Source: Octopus sinensis
Taxonomy: Eukaryota
Assembly: GCF_006345805.1 (NCBI RefSeq)
Contig: NC_043006.1
Coordinates: forward strand, 58,838,001-58,902,000
Reading direction: 5' to 3'
Length of the DNA: 64,000 nucleotides
Part shown: positions 1 through 13,624 of the stretch, piece after piece
Position numbering within the stretch: position 1 is the first letter of the stretch
Layout of the letters: the number at the start of each line of letters is the position of its first letter
Notes under the pieces: generated by a model
Seen by the model: the letters and a program-made list of their open reading frames with translations, nothing else
Databases searched by the model: none
Told to the model about the DNA's origin: nothing
Program-made: the position numbers and the translations under genes

Positions 1-95
1 TGTATGCCTAGGGTTAACATAAGTAATTATACAGGTAGTAAAACGGATATTTCTATACCTCAGGCGGTTATTCCAATCTCTAGCTCTACTAACCT

Positions 96-143
<48 letters not shown>

Positions 144-144
<1 letters not shown>

Positions 145-296
145 GGCTCTGTGGAAAGTAGCTTGCTTACCAACCACATGGTTCCGGGTTCAGTCCCACT
201 GCGTGGCATCTTGGGCAAGTGTCTTCTACTATAGCCTCGGGCCGACCAAAGCCTTGTGAGTGGATTTGGTAGGCAGAAACTGAAAGAAGCCTGTCG

Positions 297-371
<75 letters not shown>

Positions 372-527
372 TTGTGTGTCTGTGTTTGTGTCCCCGTCAC
401 TTAGCGGTTCGGCAACAGAGACCGATAGAATAAGTACTAGGCTTACAAAGAATAAGTCCCGGGGTCGATTTGCTCGACGAAAGGCGCTGCTCCAGCATGG
501 CCGCGGTCAAATGACTGAAACAAGAGT
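144..527 (+). mobile_element. tRNA-derived SINE, family A (internal (TA)n(TG)n tract)
   Basis: Pol III A-box-like TGGCTCTGTGG and B-box GGGTTCAGTCCC; body and tail (GGCGCTGCTCCAGCATGGCC...AAATGACTGAAACAAG) recur at 12430-12908, 13625-14000, 18458-18850. Confidence 0.85.
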
Positions 528-540
528 ATATATATATATA

Positions 541-576
<36 letters not shown>

Positions 577-577
<1 letters not shown>

Positions 578-948
578 CGGGATGGTAATTTTTCTTTATT
601 TTTGCCAAATAAACACATACTATATATATTCGTTCTTGACTCGTTTATTACTGTTCTTATTCTAACTCATGTCCATTGTCCAGATATCTTTCGTCACATA
701 TCTGCGACCTCTTCAGTGACACTTTCCATCCTCGTATATACTCCTGCTCTTAACCGTTTCTGTTCTGGATTAAGCAGAGAAAGGAACATACACAAGGACG
801 GAAAGTGTCACTGAAGATGCCGTTGATGTGTGACGAAAGATTTACAGATAATAGACATGAGTTAAAATAAGAACAGCATCAAACGAGTGAAGAAAGAATA
901 TGTAATGCGTGTGTTTATTTGACAAATAAGAAATAATCCTCCTGAAAT
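577..948. repeat. Imperfect inverted repeat (arms ~577-755 and ~768-948), each arm with a degenerate hammerhead-like motif; probable PLE remnant
   Basis: TTTCGTCACA...CTTCAGTGACACTTTCC mirrored by GGAAAGTGTCACTGAAGA...GTGACGAAAGAT; left arm abuts (TA)n. Confidence 0.7.
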
Positions 949-2610
949 ATAACAATATCTGTTTCAACACACGGTTTCACATCAGGAATCTTGCCACACA
1001 AATTCATAAACGTATATATGTATATATATATATATAGTCCAAGTAGTGTAAGCATGATGCTCTTGAATAAAGGATTGTTTACAAATTACTAATGTTTAAG
1101 ATATATAATTATTAGTTAGTACTATAGATAAAAAAATCTAAAGGTATAAAATGCATACCTGTTCTACTTTATTGTTTTTCTTGTTCGGTATTATTGTTTC
1201 ATTAAACAATTATTTGAAAATTAGCTAGATGTACTTATGCCGTCTGCTCTTTTTGTCACATTGTACTTACAACCGTTAGTGTCTTATTCTCAAACTATCT
1301 CTGTCGTTCGCAAAATTTCATCTGAATTCTCACACTGTCATCGTTTACTGACTTTTTCATTTGACATCCTGTTACTTAAACATCTTTATGATATAATTAT
1401 TTGTTGATACTGAGAGACGAAAAACAAATTTAAAAAGAATGAATAAAAAAGCTTAATTAGAGAGTAGTACCAATATGTCAGAAACATTTGATTTAAATTT
1501 GCTTATTTCTTTATTTGTTAAGCTAAATGTCTCCTAATACCTTCCCAATTACATTTAAGTTGTTCATTAAAATGTCTCCTACGCCAAATTATTTTACAGC
1601 ACTCACCCCTTCCTGCAAGCGATATTTTAATTTTAATTCCCTCTCGCGCTCAATCCCTCTCTTGCTCTCCACTCCTCTCCTACGTTTTCCCTCATGAGAG
1701 ACCAACACAATCAAGGGACTAATACCTATCGAATATTATAGGTTAAGTGGAAGCCCTCGGACAAAACAAAATATATTTTGTCGGACTCACAGCAAGAAAT
1801 TTGATGAGCCTCTATACACACGCGCGTGCGTGTGTATAAAATAAAAAGCAGAAATTTGCAATTACTGTTTCTGATTTGCAATTACTGATTTCTCATGCAT
1901 TATATAAAATAACTTCGTTTCTTATTGGATATATGGCTTTAGATGATAGAGACGAGTTATTTCAAATGAACAGAACAATAAAATCCCAAGAATTATTGTA
2001 GAAAATAGATTTAAATAAATAGCATAAATAAGTAAACAAAATAAATTGAAAATAAATCTGTAACTGAATCAGAATATTTTCAAATTTTAGATGTATGTAT
2101 TTTTCATAATTCCTAACATGCTGGTGTACTGTTTACGAGAAATAATAAATTCCTAGTACCTCAGAGTTATGCGCCCTCTGACAGTAAGACATTAGTTTTC
2201 TTTCCAAGATATTATTCTGAGAAAGCTGACGCGAATAAAGAATGTGGCTTGTTGAATGTCTGTGGTACGGGAAAGTTGAAGTAATCACAATGGAAAAGTC
2301 TGTACTATGTTATACATATATACATTGGTGAGATATGCAGAGCAAATACGAATCACAACAACCGACAAAAGTCTAAGGGACATATAGAGTTAACATTATT
2401 AGGCTGATGTTCAAGGAAGTAAAAATATAGAGAGTAAAAGTATTAAAAGTGTAACGTTTCGGACATAGTCATTCAGCGGATAACAGAGGTAATTCTAGGA
2501 GAGACAGAGAAGAAACGTATGAGATGAAAGGAAGTATCAAAGATAAGAGCTATGCGTGTATTGATTTTGTCAGTTAAACGCCCAAATGCTTCAGATATAT
2601 ATATATATAT

Positions 2611-2683
<73 letters not shown>

Positions 2684-2800
2684 ATTAAGGAATGGCCTTG
2701 ATAGGCCATTCGACTCACTAAAACGAGCAGCCAAACCCAAACCGCTAAATAGTAGTAATTCAGAAATCAAAGGAAATTTAAAAACATTTACCCTTATCAT

Positions 2801-2906
2801 CTTTGGACTATGCATAGTTTCGACGTACATTTTGGCAAACCAGCTTAATTAAATTAAATTTAATTTAATTAAATAAATTTACCACTGGCCCGTCTCATCG
2901 GCAAAG
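2801..2906 (-). ncRNA. Type I hammerhead ribozyme (CCGAUGA core, long stem II)
   Basis: Minus strand: CTTTG-CCGATGA-GACG...CGTC-GAAA-CTATGCATAG-TC-CAAAG; stems I, II and palindromic III all pair. Confidence 0.75.
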
Positions 2907-3184
2907 AAGCCAGGGGGAATAAATATTCCACGAGGCAACAGCATCGATGCCTCGGGAATATATACTCTAAACTTTCAAATTCTACCGTCATCGCGCCAAC
3001 TTAAAATTTTTGCTACCCTGATATTGATTAATTAATGATTTTTTGGCTAATTCTGAAATTAAATCAGCAGTTTATATTTGCTGCTGATAAGTTGGCGCGA
3101 TGACGGTAGATTTTGAAAGTTTAGAGTATATATTCCCGAGGTATCGATGCTGTTGCCTCGTGGAATATATATTCCCCCTGGCTT

Positions 3185-3290
3185 CTTTGCCGATGAGACG
3201 GGCCAGTGGTAAATTGATTTAATTAAATTTAATTTGATTTAATTAAGCTGGTTTGCCAAAATGTACTTCGAAACTATGCATAGTCCAAAG
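3185..3290 (+). ncRNA. Type I hammerhead ribozyme (inverted copy; stem II has one mismatch)
   Basis: CTTTG-CCGATGA-GACG...CTTC-GAAA-CTATGCATAG-TC-CAAAG. Confidence 0.7.
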
Positions 3291-3662
3291 ATGATAAGGG
3301 TAAATGTTTCTAATTTTCCTTTGATTTCTGAATTACTACTATTTAGCGGTTTGAGTTTGGCTGCTCGTTTTAGTGAGTCGAATGGCCTATCAAGGCCATT
3401 CCTTAATATTATTGTTGACTATTTTTTCTTTCTCACTAGACCGCTGGTGGCGATAAAATTTCTCTTGAATTTTTTCTACCCTGATATTGATTAATAAATA
3501 TATATATATATATAAGGATGACACGCAAATTCGTGAAGCGTTCCATATTTTTCTATAAGGCGGTGCTCCAGCATGGTCACAGTCAAATGACTGAAATAGG
3601 TAACAGAATAAAAGAATAAATGAATATATATATAATTATACATTCACACACACTCACACACA

Positions 3663-3694
<32 letters not shown>

Positions 3695-3976
3695 TTTAAA
3701 GACATTCGGGCGTTCAACTGGAGAAAAATCAATATACATATAGACATATATAAATACACACACACACACATACACAGAGTTGCATACATATACACACATA
3801 AAGACTTGCGCACGCACACAGACGTGGACATGTACAGATTCCACACACACATACACATACACGTTTTCACACAAGCACACTCACATATGTGGACGTGTGG
3901 TTTCACAAAAGAATAAATATTTATCATACTTCAACCATAAACTAAAATTTAAAACGAATATCCTGAATCAGCTCTA

Positions 3977-3991
3977 TTATTATTATTATTG

Positions 3992-4066
<75 letters not shown>
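3977..4066. repeat. (TAT)n microsatellite
   Basis: Direct reading. Confidence 0.95.
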
Positions 4067-4068
<2 letters not shown>

Positions 4069-4517
4069 TCTTTATTTCCAAAATTTGAAATTAATCAAAC
4101 TTGACATAAAAGATGACTTCACGAAAAATCATTATTTTTTCACTGATTGTCTAGACAGTATGAAAAAATATTGCAGTAAAATATATATGTATGTATATGA
4201 TTAAATTACGTACGATGCTTGTTCTCTATCTCCATTTCATTCTCTTTATTCTCCCTCTCGCTTTATGAACGTATGTATGACTGTATGTGTAGACATATAC
4301 ATATATAAAAAAATATACATAGATATCTATATCTATCTACGTTTAAGTATGTATGTATATATGTACACATATAAATGCACGTATACATAAATACATACAT
4401 ACATGTTCAATATGTGTGCGTGCATGTATATATACATGAGTATGCACGTATATACGTATGTAAGTATTTTTGTATGTCTATATTTATATGTTCCTCTCTC
4501 TTTGTGTAGGTGAATGC

Positions 4518-4549
<32 letters not shown>

Positions 4550-4910
4550 GATATATATATATATATATATATAGCATTATCTATCTATATACCTATCTAT
4601 CTATTTATTTATTCATTAATCTATCTATCTACATACTTATATATATCTATCTATCTATCTATCTACACACACACACACACATATATATGTATATATATAT
4701 ATACATATATATATATACATATATATACATATAAATGCATACATATACATACATATATTCATACACGCATATATTTACAAATATATGTGTGTGCATATAT
4801 ATATATTTATATATGTATATGTATATATATATGTATATATATATACACACACATTCATATATATATATGCATGTATCTTTCTCCCTTTCTCTGCATGTAT
4901 AGATATATAT

Positions 4911-4971
<61 letters not shown>

Positions 4972-5107
4972 CACGTTAAATTGATTTTGACTGGCGCCTC
5001 AGTAAATGTTCTACTGTTGTTCTTAAAATTCCTTTTAAGTAATAACTTTAAGTAAACATTTTTGTACTTATGTATATATTAATGTAAACATAAGTGTGTA
5101 TGCTAGC

Positions 5108-5198
<91 letters not shown>

Positions 5199-5246
5199 AG
5201 CACATCTATATGTATATGCACACACACACATACACACACCACACAC

Positions 5247-5291
<45 letters not shown>

Positions 5292-5484
5292 ATATATATA
5301 TCTAATGTATATATGTATATATATCTGTATGTACATATATGTATATTTATACATACATATATATATATATCTAATGTATGTATATGTATATATATATCTG
5401 TATGTACAATATGTATATATACATACGTATATATATATATATCTAATGTATATATATGTATATATATATATATCTGTATGTACA

Positions 5485-5524
<40 letters not shown>

Positions 5525-5698
5525 TCTAAGGTTATATATATGTATATATATATATATCTGTATGTACATATATGTTATATATGTATCTGTATGTACATAT
5601 AGTATATATATATATATATATAATAATATATCTAAGGTATATATATGTATATATATATATATATCTGTATGTACATATAAGTATATAATATATTATAT

Positions 5699-5731
<33 letters not shown>

Positions 5732-5961
5732 TATATATACATATATATATATCTGTATGTACATATATGTATATATACATACATATATATATATATCTAA
5801 GGTATATATATATGTATATATATATATATATCTGTATTGTACATATATGTATATATATATATATATATATATCTATCTGTATGTACATATATGTGTATAT
5901 ATATTATATATATATATATATCTGTATGTACATATATGTATATATATATATATAATGTATA

Positions 5962-5992
<31 letters not shown>

Positions 5993-6085
5993 GTACGTAA
6001 TATATGTATCTATACATATATATATATATAATGTATTATATATGTATATATATATATATATCTGTACGTACATATATGTATATAT

Positions 6086-6118
<33 letters not shown>

Positions 6119-6130
6119 CTGTACGTTATA

Positions 6131-6177
<47 letters not shown>

Positions 6178-6194
6178 TACATATATATATTATA

Positions 6195-6244
<50 letters not shown>

Positions 6245-6245
6245 C

Positions 6246-6284
<39 letters not shown>

Positions 6285-6295
6285 CTGTATGTACA

Positions 6296-6356
<61 letters not shown>

Positions 6357-6458
6357 CTGTATGTACATATATGTATATATATATATATATACATATTATA
6401 TAATATAATACATATATTATATATATATAGTATATATATATATATATATATATATATC

Positions 6459-6501
<43 letters not shown>

Positions 6502-6560
6502 GTATGTACATATATGTATATATATACATATATATATATACATATATATATATATCTGTA
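5108..6560. repeat. Compound (CTAT)n/(TA)n satellite with recurring TCTGTATGTACA unit
   Basis: ATATCTGTATGTACATATATGTAT recurs more than ten times among TA runs; accounts for the spurious 575-aa ORF. Confidence 0.9.
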
Positions 6561-6719
6561 TTTACATGCAAACTGGACTTAGAGAGGATAGCAACAAGGG
6601 CGGTGGCCCCAGCATGGCCTCAGCTGAACAATGTAAAAGAGAGTAAAAGAGTAAAGAGTATATATCTGTATGTACATATATGTATATATATATATCTGTA
6701 TGTGTACATATATGTATAT

Positions 6720-7250
6720 AAGAGGATTTCCACCATGAAAGAAAAGAACTATTGGGAGAGGCTTAGGGAACGGGAACTCAATTTGTACTCCTTGAACGAA
6801 GACGAGAGAGATATGCAGTGATATACATATGGAAAATCCTGGAGGGACTAGCACCAAATTTTGGAATTGGGAGCTGTTCCAATCCCCGTACAGGACGTCA
6901 CTGTGTGGTGCCAAATGTCCCGTCTTCCACATCCAGGGTAAGGAGCAGATACTGTAATAGCCTGGGGTTCAGGGCCCTCAGCTGTTCAACAAACTGCCAA
7001 GAAAACTAAGAGATCTACATGATGCGGATGTGGACATTTTCAAAAAACATCTAGACAAGCTGCTTTCCGGGATCCCAGATGAACCCACTGCAAGGTACGA
7101 AGGTAACCTAAGGGCAGCAGCTACAAACTCTCTCTTAGATCAGTGGCCAGCCACGGCAAACTGGACTTAGAGAGGGTAGCAACAAGGGCGGTGCCCCAGC
7201 ATGGCCTCAGCCGGATGGCTGAAACAAGTAAAAGAGTAAAAGAGTAAAGA
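6720..7250 (+). mobile_element. 5'-truncated CR1-like LINE (end of ORF2 plus 3' UTR ending in (GTAAAAGA)n)
   Basis: Frameshifted translation [14 protein letters not shown]...IYIWKILEGLAPNFGI...SLGFRGPQLFNKLP...FKKHLDKLLSGIPDEP, typical of CR1-group ORF2 C-termini; 3' end duplicated at ~6569-6660. Confidence 0.75.
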
Positions 7251-7559
7251 GTATATATCTGTATGTACATATATGTATATATATATATCTGTATGTACAT
7301 ATATGTATATATATATATATACATATATATTAGCGTGGCTAATTCCTTATCAGCTATCGTCCAAAATACCCTTACAATTTCACGCCTTTAACGATAATAT
7401 TGTTCACGTCTGGTGGCGTCAGCGGCGTATAAAGCTACACACATGCACACACGTATATACGAATACATAAGTAACTTGTATACATATATACACATAAAAT
7501 ATATACATACAGATTCATACATACTTGCTCACATTTATGTATGTATCTAGGTACATACA

Positions 7560-7591
<32 letters not shown>

Positions 7592-8216
7592 GGGAGATTT
7601 TGATACACAAAATCCAAAAATGATACACATTCATTACCATCACGTCAAAATTTTAAGATACTAGATCCAGAGAAGTTCATTTAATAAAACAGGTTATGAG
7701 GAACAAGGAACAAGACAAAACTTACAAATATACAGAGAAATTGGTTTTTATTCAAAACCAGAATGTTCTCTTAAAATTCTACTGAAAAACTTGTAAAAGT
7801 CTTAAAATCTCTACAGACAAATTACATCTAATTTCCCGTGAATTTGCGCTTGGATGATTTTCTGGAGCGCTGAACCCTAGTAAAACCACGAGCCAAGTTT
7901 CATCAATAGTTGGTCATCATAATTAAGTCCTATCTGTCTTGATACTATTGTTCCATCATTTTGCTTAAAGTTTCCCCTCTTTTAGAAGGACACTATAACA
8001 ACTTGGTGCCCTTCACTCCCAGTGAATTTTCTTTTCTTTTTAAAAGTCAGGGGAGAGAGGCACCATACCCGTTCTTCAAAACAAAAACAAAAAAAAAACG
8101 AAAGAAAAAACACAAACGCGCAATCAATCCTGTATACACAAACCACACCCACGCATCAATATATGCAATAAATAAGAATATATAAAAAAACCGTATGTAC
8201 ATAATTTACACATATT

Positions 8217-8400
8217 TGTTGGATGGCCGTTGACTACTCCGCTCTTTGACGGGTCTTAATTTTCGTCCTGCAGGGTGTCCAACAATCACCCTCCTCACCA
8301 AGCAAACCTATTGGGGTTGCCAGTTTAGTCACCGACGACCCGACCATGCAACAGGTTGTGCTGGATTACATGTTACCAGTAGCACTCAAGAGCGACCTGA
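8217..8400 (-). mobile_element. Probable 5' end of a non-LTR (RTE-like) element with an HDV-like ribozyme fold at 8320-8397
   Basis: GC-richer island abutting (CATA)n; nested pseudoknot elements assignable by eye (see findings). Confidence 0.45.
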
Positions 8401-8464
8401 CATACATACATACATACATACATACATGCATACATACATACATACATACATACACACACACTAA

Positions 8465-8900
8465 AGAAGAGAGAGTATTACTGTGCTAAGCATAGAGATC
8501 AACGTAAAAGAAAACTCATGTTGAGTTATTGAGAAATGTACAGATACTCCACTGGACTACATGTTTAAAATTATATCTGTACTTAATGGCGTACTTGGAT
8601 ACATAAACTACTGCCTAAGCACCAACCTTGCAAAATTAGGGTTCTTAAAACTAGAAAGGAGAAAACTCATTAGACAATTACAGATACAGGTCATCAATAG
8701 AATTGTCGAAATATTTAAACCTTTCCAAAAGTTTATCGTATAAATACATGGACATGTCTAGTTATGCAACAATATGTATGAATGCACAAACATAACACAA
8801 AACTTGTAGATTTGAAGAAGCACTGTTGCAGGTACTTGTATAAATACACGCATACATGTACAACTATCTTCTTGAAATTTCAATAAAGGGGACCAGGTTC
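8465..8900 (+). pseudogene. C-terminus of an RLE-type non-LTR element
   Basis: ORF 8561-8743 VLNGVLGYINYCLSTNLAKLGF...LIRQLQIQVINRIVEIFKPFQKF resembles the G(A)LG-containing tail of RLE LINEs. Confidence 0.5.
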
Positions 8901-9037
8901 TAAGTTAGAAACCGGTTCTTTCATTTAGAAATAAAACTAAATGATTGGATACTTACTTATATACTTAGAAACATATATACACATGAATATAAATACATGC
9001 ATACAGATTTATATACATACATGCTAAGAAACAGGTA

Positions 9038-10358
9038 AATTTCTTTATTGGTCACACAGGGCTGAACATAGAGGGGACAATTACAGTGTAGAGTTTTTCT
9101 TTTCGAGGGGGTGGGGGTGAAAAACAAACAAAATAATAAAAACACAAAATTGGGGACAAAGATCAAAAGGGATCAGAATCGTTTGGGATATACAAAATGT
9201 TCCCCCAAAATGGGAAGGTTTATCTGTGGAAAGAAAAACCTACGAAAAGACCACGGTAACCTCGGGCAATAATGTCACATAATAACACATTTATTTACAA
9301 GTAACTCTCTGTTTTAACTTTTTTTCGGTTCATAGGATCATGCTTAAGATGGCTTCATCATTTACATGTGCCATTCTTGAAACATTCACCCATCTTTTTT
9401 TGAAACATTCGCTAGACAAAACTTGCCTCTCTACTCTCACCTTCCTTTTCAAGTGATACTTGAAAAAGTTGATTCGACCAGAGAGAAAAGTGTTTGTTTC
9501 TAATTCTTTCAGACGCGTCCATCAGACACATTCTTTCGCCATAGCCACAAGTACGATGAAAATATCTCTTCCTTCCCGTTTGAAGGAAGGAGGCGCGACA
9601 ATATTGACGATAGACTCAGCTGATAAACCGACTCTTCCCACACGTGACAACAGTCGTTCGACATAAGCCCACAGGTCGGAAATAGTTGGACACTGCACGA
9701 GTGCGTGCAGAACGGTTTCGTCGCTCGGACCCCATCTCGGGCAGGTCGGCCCGGTGTTTCTCGAGCCGTGCCTGTAGAAGCTTATTCCGAACGGGTAGCG
9801 CTTCTCGATCCAGGGATCTCTGGAACTTGTCCATAGGTCCCAACGCGAAAGTTGTCTCGAACAGGCGGGTCAGGTATTCATCGTCGACGCCCAGATTTGC
9901 CCCAAGATCGTCGTCGTACCTCCCCTCCACTAATCTCCTATAGAATGCTTTGGTTGTGATGCAGTCGCTCAAAGTCGACCCGGGATGGTAGAGTTGCTCC
10001 AGAGCCATTCACCCTTCCTCGGCCTCTCCTTGATCCATGACTGCAGTTCGGTCATGGAGACGAGCTGCAGGAAAGCACAACACACAAACGGCGACCACAC
10101 CTGTCCACCGTCATCTACGTAGAGCCGGAGATGTCGCAGTCTCAGCGCATGTCTGCGCATCATCAACCACAGCATGCCCAGCCCTCCTTTCAGCGGGTGT
10201 TGCCAGCAAACGGATCGCCTGACCATCAGAACGCTTCCTTTCCACAAGAAGCGGAAGAGGATGCGTTCCAGTCTGGTGATGGTAGATTCGGGACAAGGCA
10301 CGGCGATTAGGCGGTAGTTGATGACGGACGCGATGTACGCGTTCGCCACATCCGCCCA
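9038..10358 (-). mobile_element. 5'-truncated Tx1/L1-clade LINE (post-RT region, zinc knuckle, 3' UTR), frameshifted
   Basis: ILFRFLWKG....VRRSVCWQHPLKGGLGM motif; CPR...ETVLHALVQCP CCHC-like knuckle in a shifted frame; GC-rich relative to flanks. Confidence 0.8.
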
Positions 10359-10814
10359 GACAAAGATAGACTGAGTGAAAGATAGATAAGTAGATAGTTA
10401 GGTAGAAATATTAATAGAGACAGATAGATATAGATAGATAGAGCGATAGAGATAGAGAGACAGAGTGAGGGAGGGGGAGAGGGAATGAGAACTTATGCTA
10501 CAGATGATTTTGATATCGAGGACAATAAACGTTCTACAAAATTATCTTAAAATTGAAAGAGTAAACGAGTTGCACGAAAAATGAGTAGATTAAGATCGCC
10601 TCAGCTCGCTTAAAATCATAACAAAACCAATAACGATATAATTTTATTATATTCTTGTAGTGAATGTTATGGTCATTCAAATAAATTCTAGGAATGGAAT
10701 CAAGACATAGATTGATAGATAATAGATAGATAGATATATATATATATATATATATTGTATATTTACACACACACATAGCTACTCCCCACACACGAATCTC
10801 CATATAAGTATATA

Positions 10815-10860
<46 letters not shown>

Positions 10861-11359
10861 ATGCATGTATATATATGTATATATACATACACACATAGAT
10901 GTTCAACCGTTCAGATATGTATACTCAAATGCATACATATATTTTCATAGACGCAAATACACCAAGACAAACCAGAGAAACCAAAAAATTCTTGTTTTTC
11001 ATCATTCTTTGCGTTTGACCAACGAAAGCAATAATTTATTACAACAGACATGTGATGGAACTGGTCGTAAAATATTGGGAATCATAATTATTATATTATT
11101 CCAATTTCGATGTTTCTTTTAATATTCTTAAGTTCTGATCAATATTCAAAGATAAAGTGGTGTCTTCAGGATATGCAGTTTTGGCTTTTAAAACTTCTCA
11201 TAATCATAAAAGACTTTCAGACGTATTCTAACTCAAAGACGATTTACTCGCATATACATCTACGTACATACATACATACAAACGTACATGCAAGCATCTA
11301 TCCAGCTGTGTATGGTATGTATACACTTAATATGTATGTGCATATACATATAGAAAAAC

Positions 11360-11369
11360 ACACACATAT

Positions 11370-11400
<31 letters not shown>

Positions 11401-11892
11401 CATACATACATACATATATATATATATATACATACATACATATATATATATATATACATACATACATATATATAGATATATACACACATAATACACATAT
11501 ATAATACACATACATACATACATATATATATATACCATACATACATACATATATATATATACCCATACATACATACATATATATATACCCATACATACAT
11601 ACATATATATATATACATACATACATATATATATACCCATACATACATATATATATATACCCATACATACATATATATATATACCCATACATACATACAT
11701 ATATATATATATTACACATACATATATATATATATAGCACATACATACATATATATACACATACATACATATATATATACATACATCATACATACATATA
11801 TATATATACACATACACATACATATATATATAACACATACATACATACATATAATATATAACACATACATACATACATATATATATATACAC

Positions 11893-11933
<41 letters not shown>

Positions 11934-12070
11934 CTACATACATACACATAATATATATATATACATACATACATATATATATAACACATACATACATACA
12001 TATATATATATACATACATATACACATACATACATATGAATATATATATATAAATAAATATAAATATATA

Positions 12071-12115
<45 letters not shown>
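11360..12115. repeat. (TA)n/(CATA)n compound microsatellite
   Basis: Direct reading. Confidence 0.95.
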
Positions 12116-12117
<2 letters not shown>

Positions 12118-12429
12118 CTTCCATCCCTACACTCACTCTATCTTTCTCTCTCCTTACTCTTTCTTCCCTCTTACTCTATCTTTTTCCACCTCTACTCTTT
12201 CTTTATCACTTTCTCAACTCTTACCCTCTCTTTCCGCTCTAGCTTGCCTAACACGTGACCGGTATCTGGCGAAGGCGGTGTTGTTTCTTTACGTCCTACC
12301 TTTGACTTGACTCGTCATGGCTGGCCGGCCCCCGCTGTGTTGTCCAGGGTTTACTCCATTTCCCCTTTGCCCAGTACCACAAAAGTCGTTCGATAGCTGC
12401 AAAGCTCTTTCTGTTGTATTTGTGGTATA

Positions 12430-12657
12430 CTTTTATTCTTTTATTTGTTTCAGTCATTTGACTGCAGCCACGCTGGAGCACCGCCTTTAGTCGAGCAAAT
12501 CGCCCCCAGGACTTATTCTTTGTAAGTCTAGTACTTATTCTATTGGTCTCTCTTGCCGAACCGCTAAGTTACAGGGATGTAAATACACCAACATTAGCTG
12601 TCAAGCGATGGTGGGCTTACACACCTGACAGAAAAACATACATACATACATACATAC

Positions 12658-12735
<78 letters not shown>

Positions 12736-12908
12736 CATGCATATATATATATATTTTATAATATAAATATATATACATATATATACGACGGCTTCTTTCA
12801 GTTTCCGCCTACCAAATCGACTCACAAGACTTTGGTCGGCCTGAGGCTATAGTAGAAGACACTTGCCTAAGGTGCCACGAGTGGGACTGAACCCGGAACC
12901 ATGTGGTT
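12430..12908 (-). mobile_element. SINE family A copy
   Basis: Reverse complement of the 144-527 head, body and tail, with expanded internal (TA)n. Confidence 0.85.
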
Positions 12909-13252
12909 TGTATATAGCTGTAAGGTATCGTGCTATTATGTATGCATAATTCTTTGTAGTATTTATCTAATATCTTGTTTGTTTCTGTTTTAGTACACAT
13001 TCGCTAGCTTTTTCTCAGTAGCTTAATAAAAAGTGCTTGCGCCAGAAAAATGGTAATTGGCTCGAAACTGCTATTGTATTTTGTTTCATTGACTGAAAAG
13101 GAAAACTCAGCTGTGAATATTCCGTGTGTCGTGTTTTTGTCTAATTTCCCGTCTAACTTTCGTCTAGTTTCCCGTTTGCTCTGCTTTCGTCTAGGTTCCC
13201 GTTCGCTCTGCTTTCGTTCTTTCTGTTCAACCCTTGATATATATATATATAC

Positions 13253-13372
13253 GTAGTTGAAATTTACAGAAAAACAAAAGGCAAAGATAGGTGTATAAAC
13301 AACAAGCAGGTGTATTAGTTTAACGCTGGGGAAGGTGAGAAAATCTTTTACGTTTCGAGCCTACGCTCTTCA
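13253..13372 (-). mobile_element. PLE pseudo-LTR fragment with truncated minimal HHR; related copy at ~35035-35160
   Basis: Minus strand TGAAGAGCGTAGGCTCGAAACGTA (stem II GAGC/GCTC); at 35120-35157 CTGCTGAAAAGTGTAGGCTCGAAACCTC with the same flanking sequence. Confidence 0.55.
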
Positions 13373-13404
13373 TATAGCGGTGTACGTACACACTTGTACT
13401 CACT

Positions 13405-13439
<35 letters not shown>

Positions 13440-13624
13440 ATGTATATATAGAATTAGTAAAGAACGCGAGGACATGGTACATGCAAAGTTTTTAAAGACA
13501 CTCAGGGAACGAAAAAAATGTGTTTTTTTCGTTTCGAGCAAAGCTCTTTTTCAGAAACAGGAGACAGAGGAAAGTCCAAGAGGAAAGGAAGACAGAGGAA
13601 AGTCCAAGAGGAAAGGAAGACAGA

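Larger units (their letters stand above)
2681..3497. mobile_element. Non-coding HHR-bearing element: ~320-bp inverted arms (2681-3003 / 3088-3410) plus ~463-nt permuted unit
   Basis: Near-identical inverted arms (the ORF track gives almost the same peptide on both strands); CTACCCTGATATTGATTAAT at 3013 and 3476; (TA)n on both sides. Confidence 0.8.

Noticed and set aside
5094-6821. 575-aa ORF and the many YI/HT/CV/poly-I ORFs in the track
   Set aside because: Translations of (TA)n, (CA)n, (CTAT)n and (ATA)n repeats that lack stops by composition
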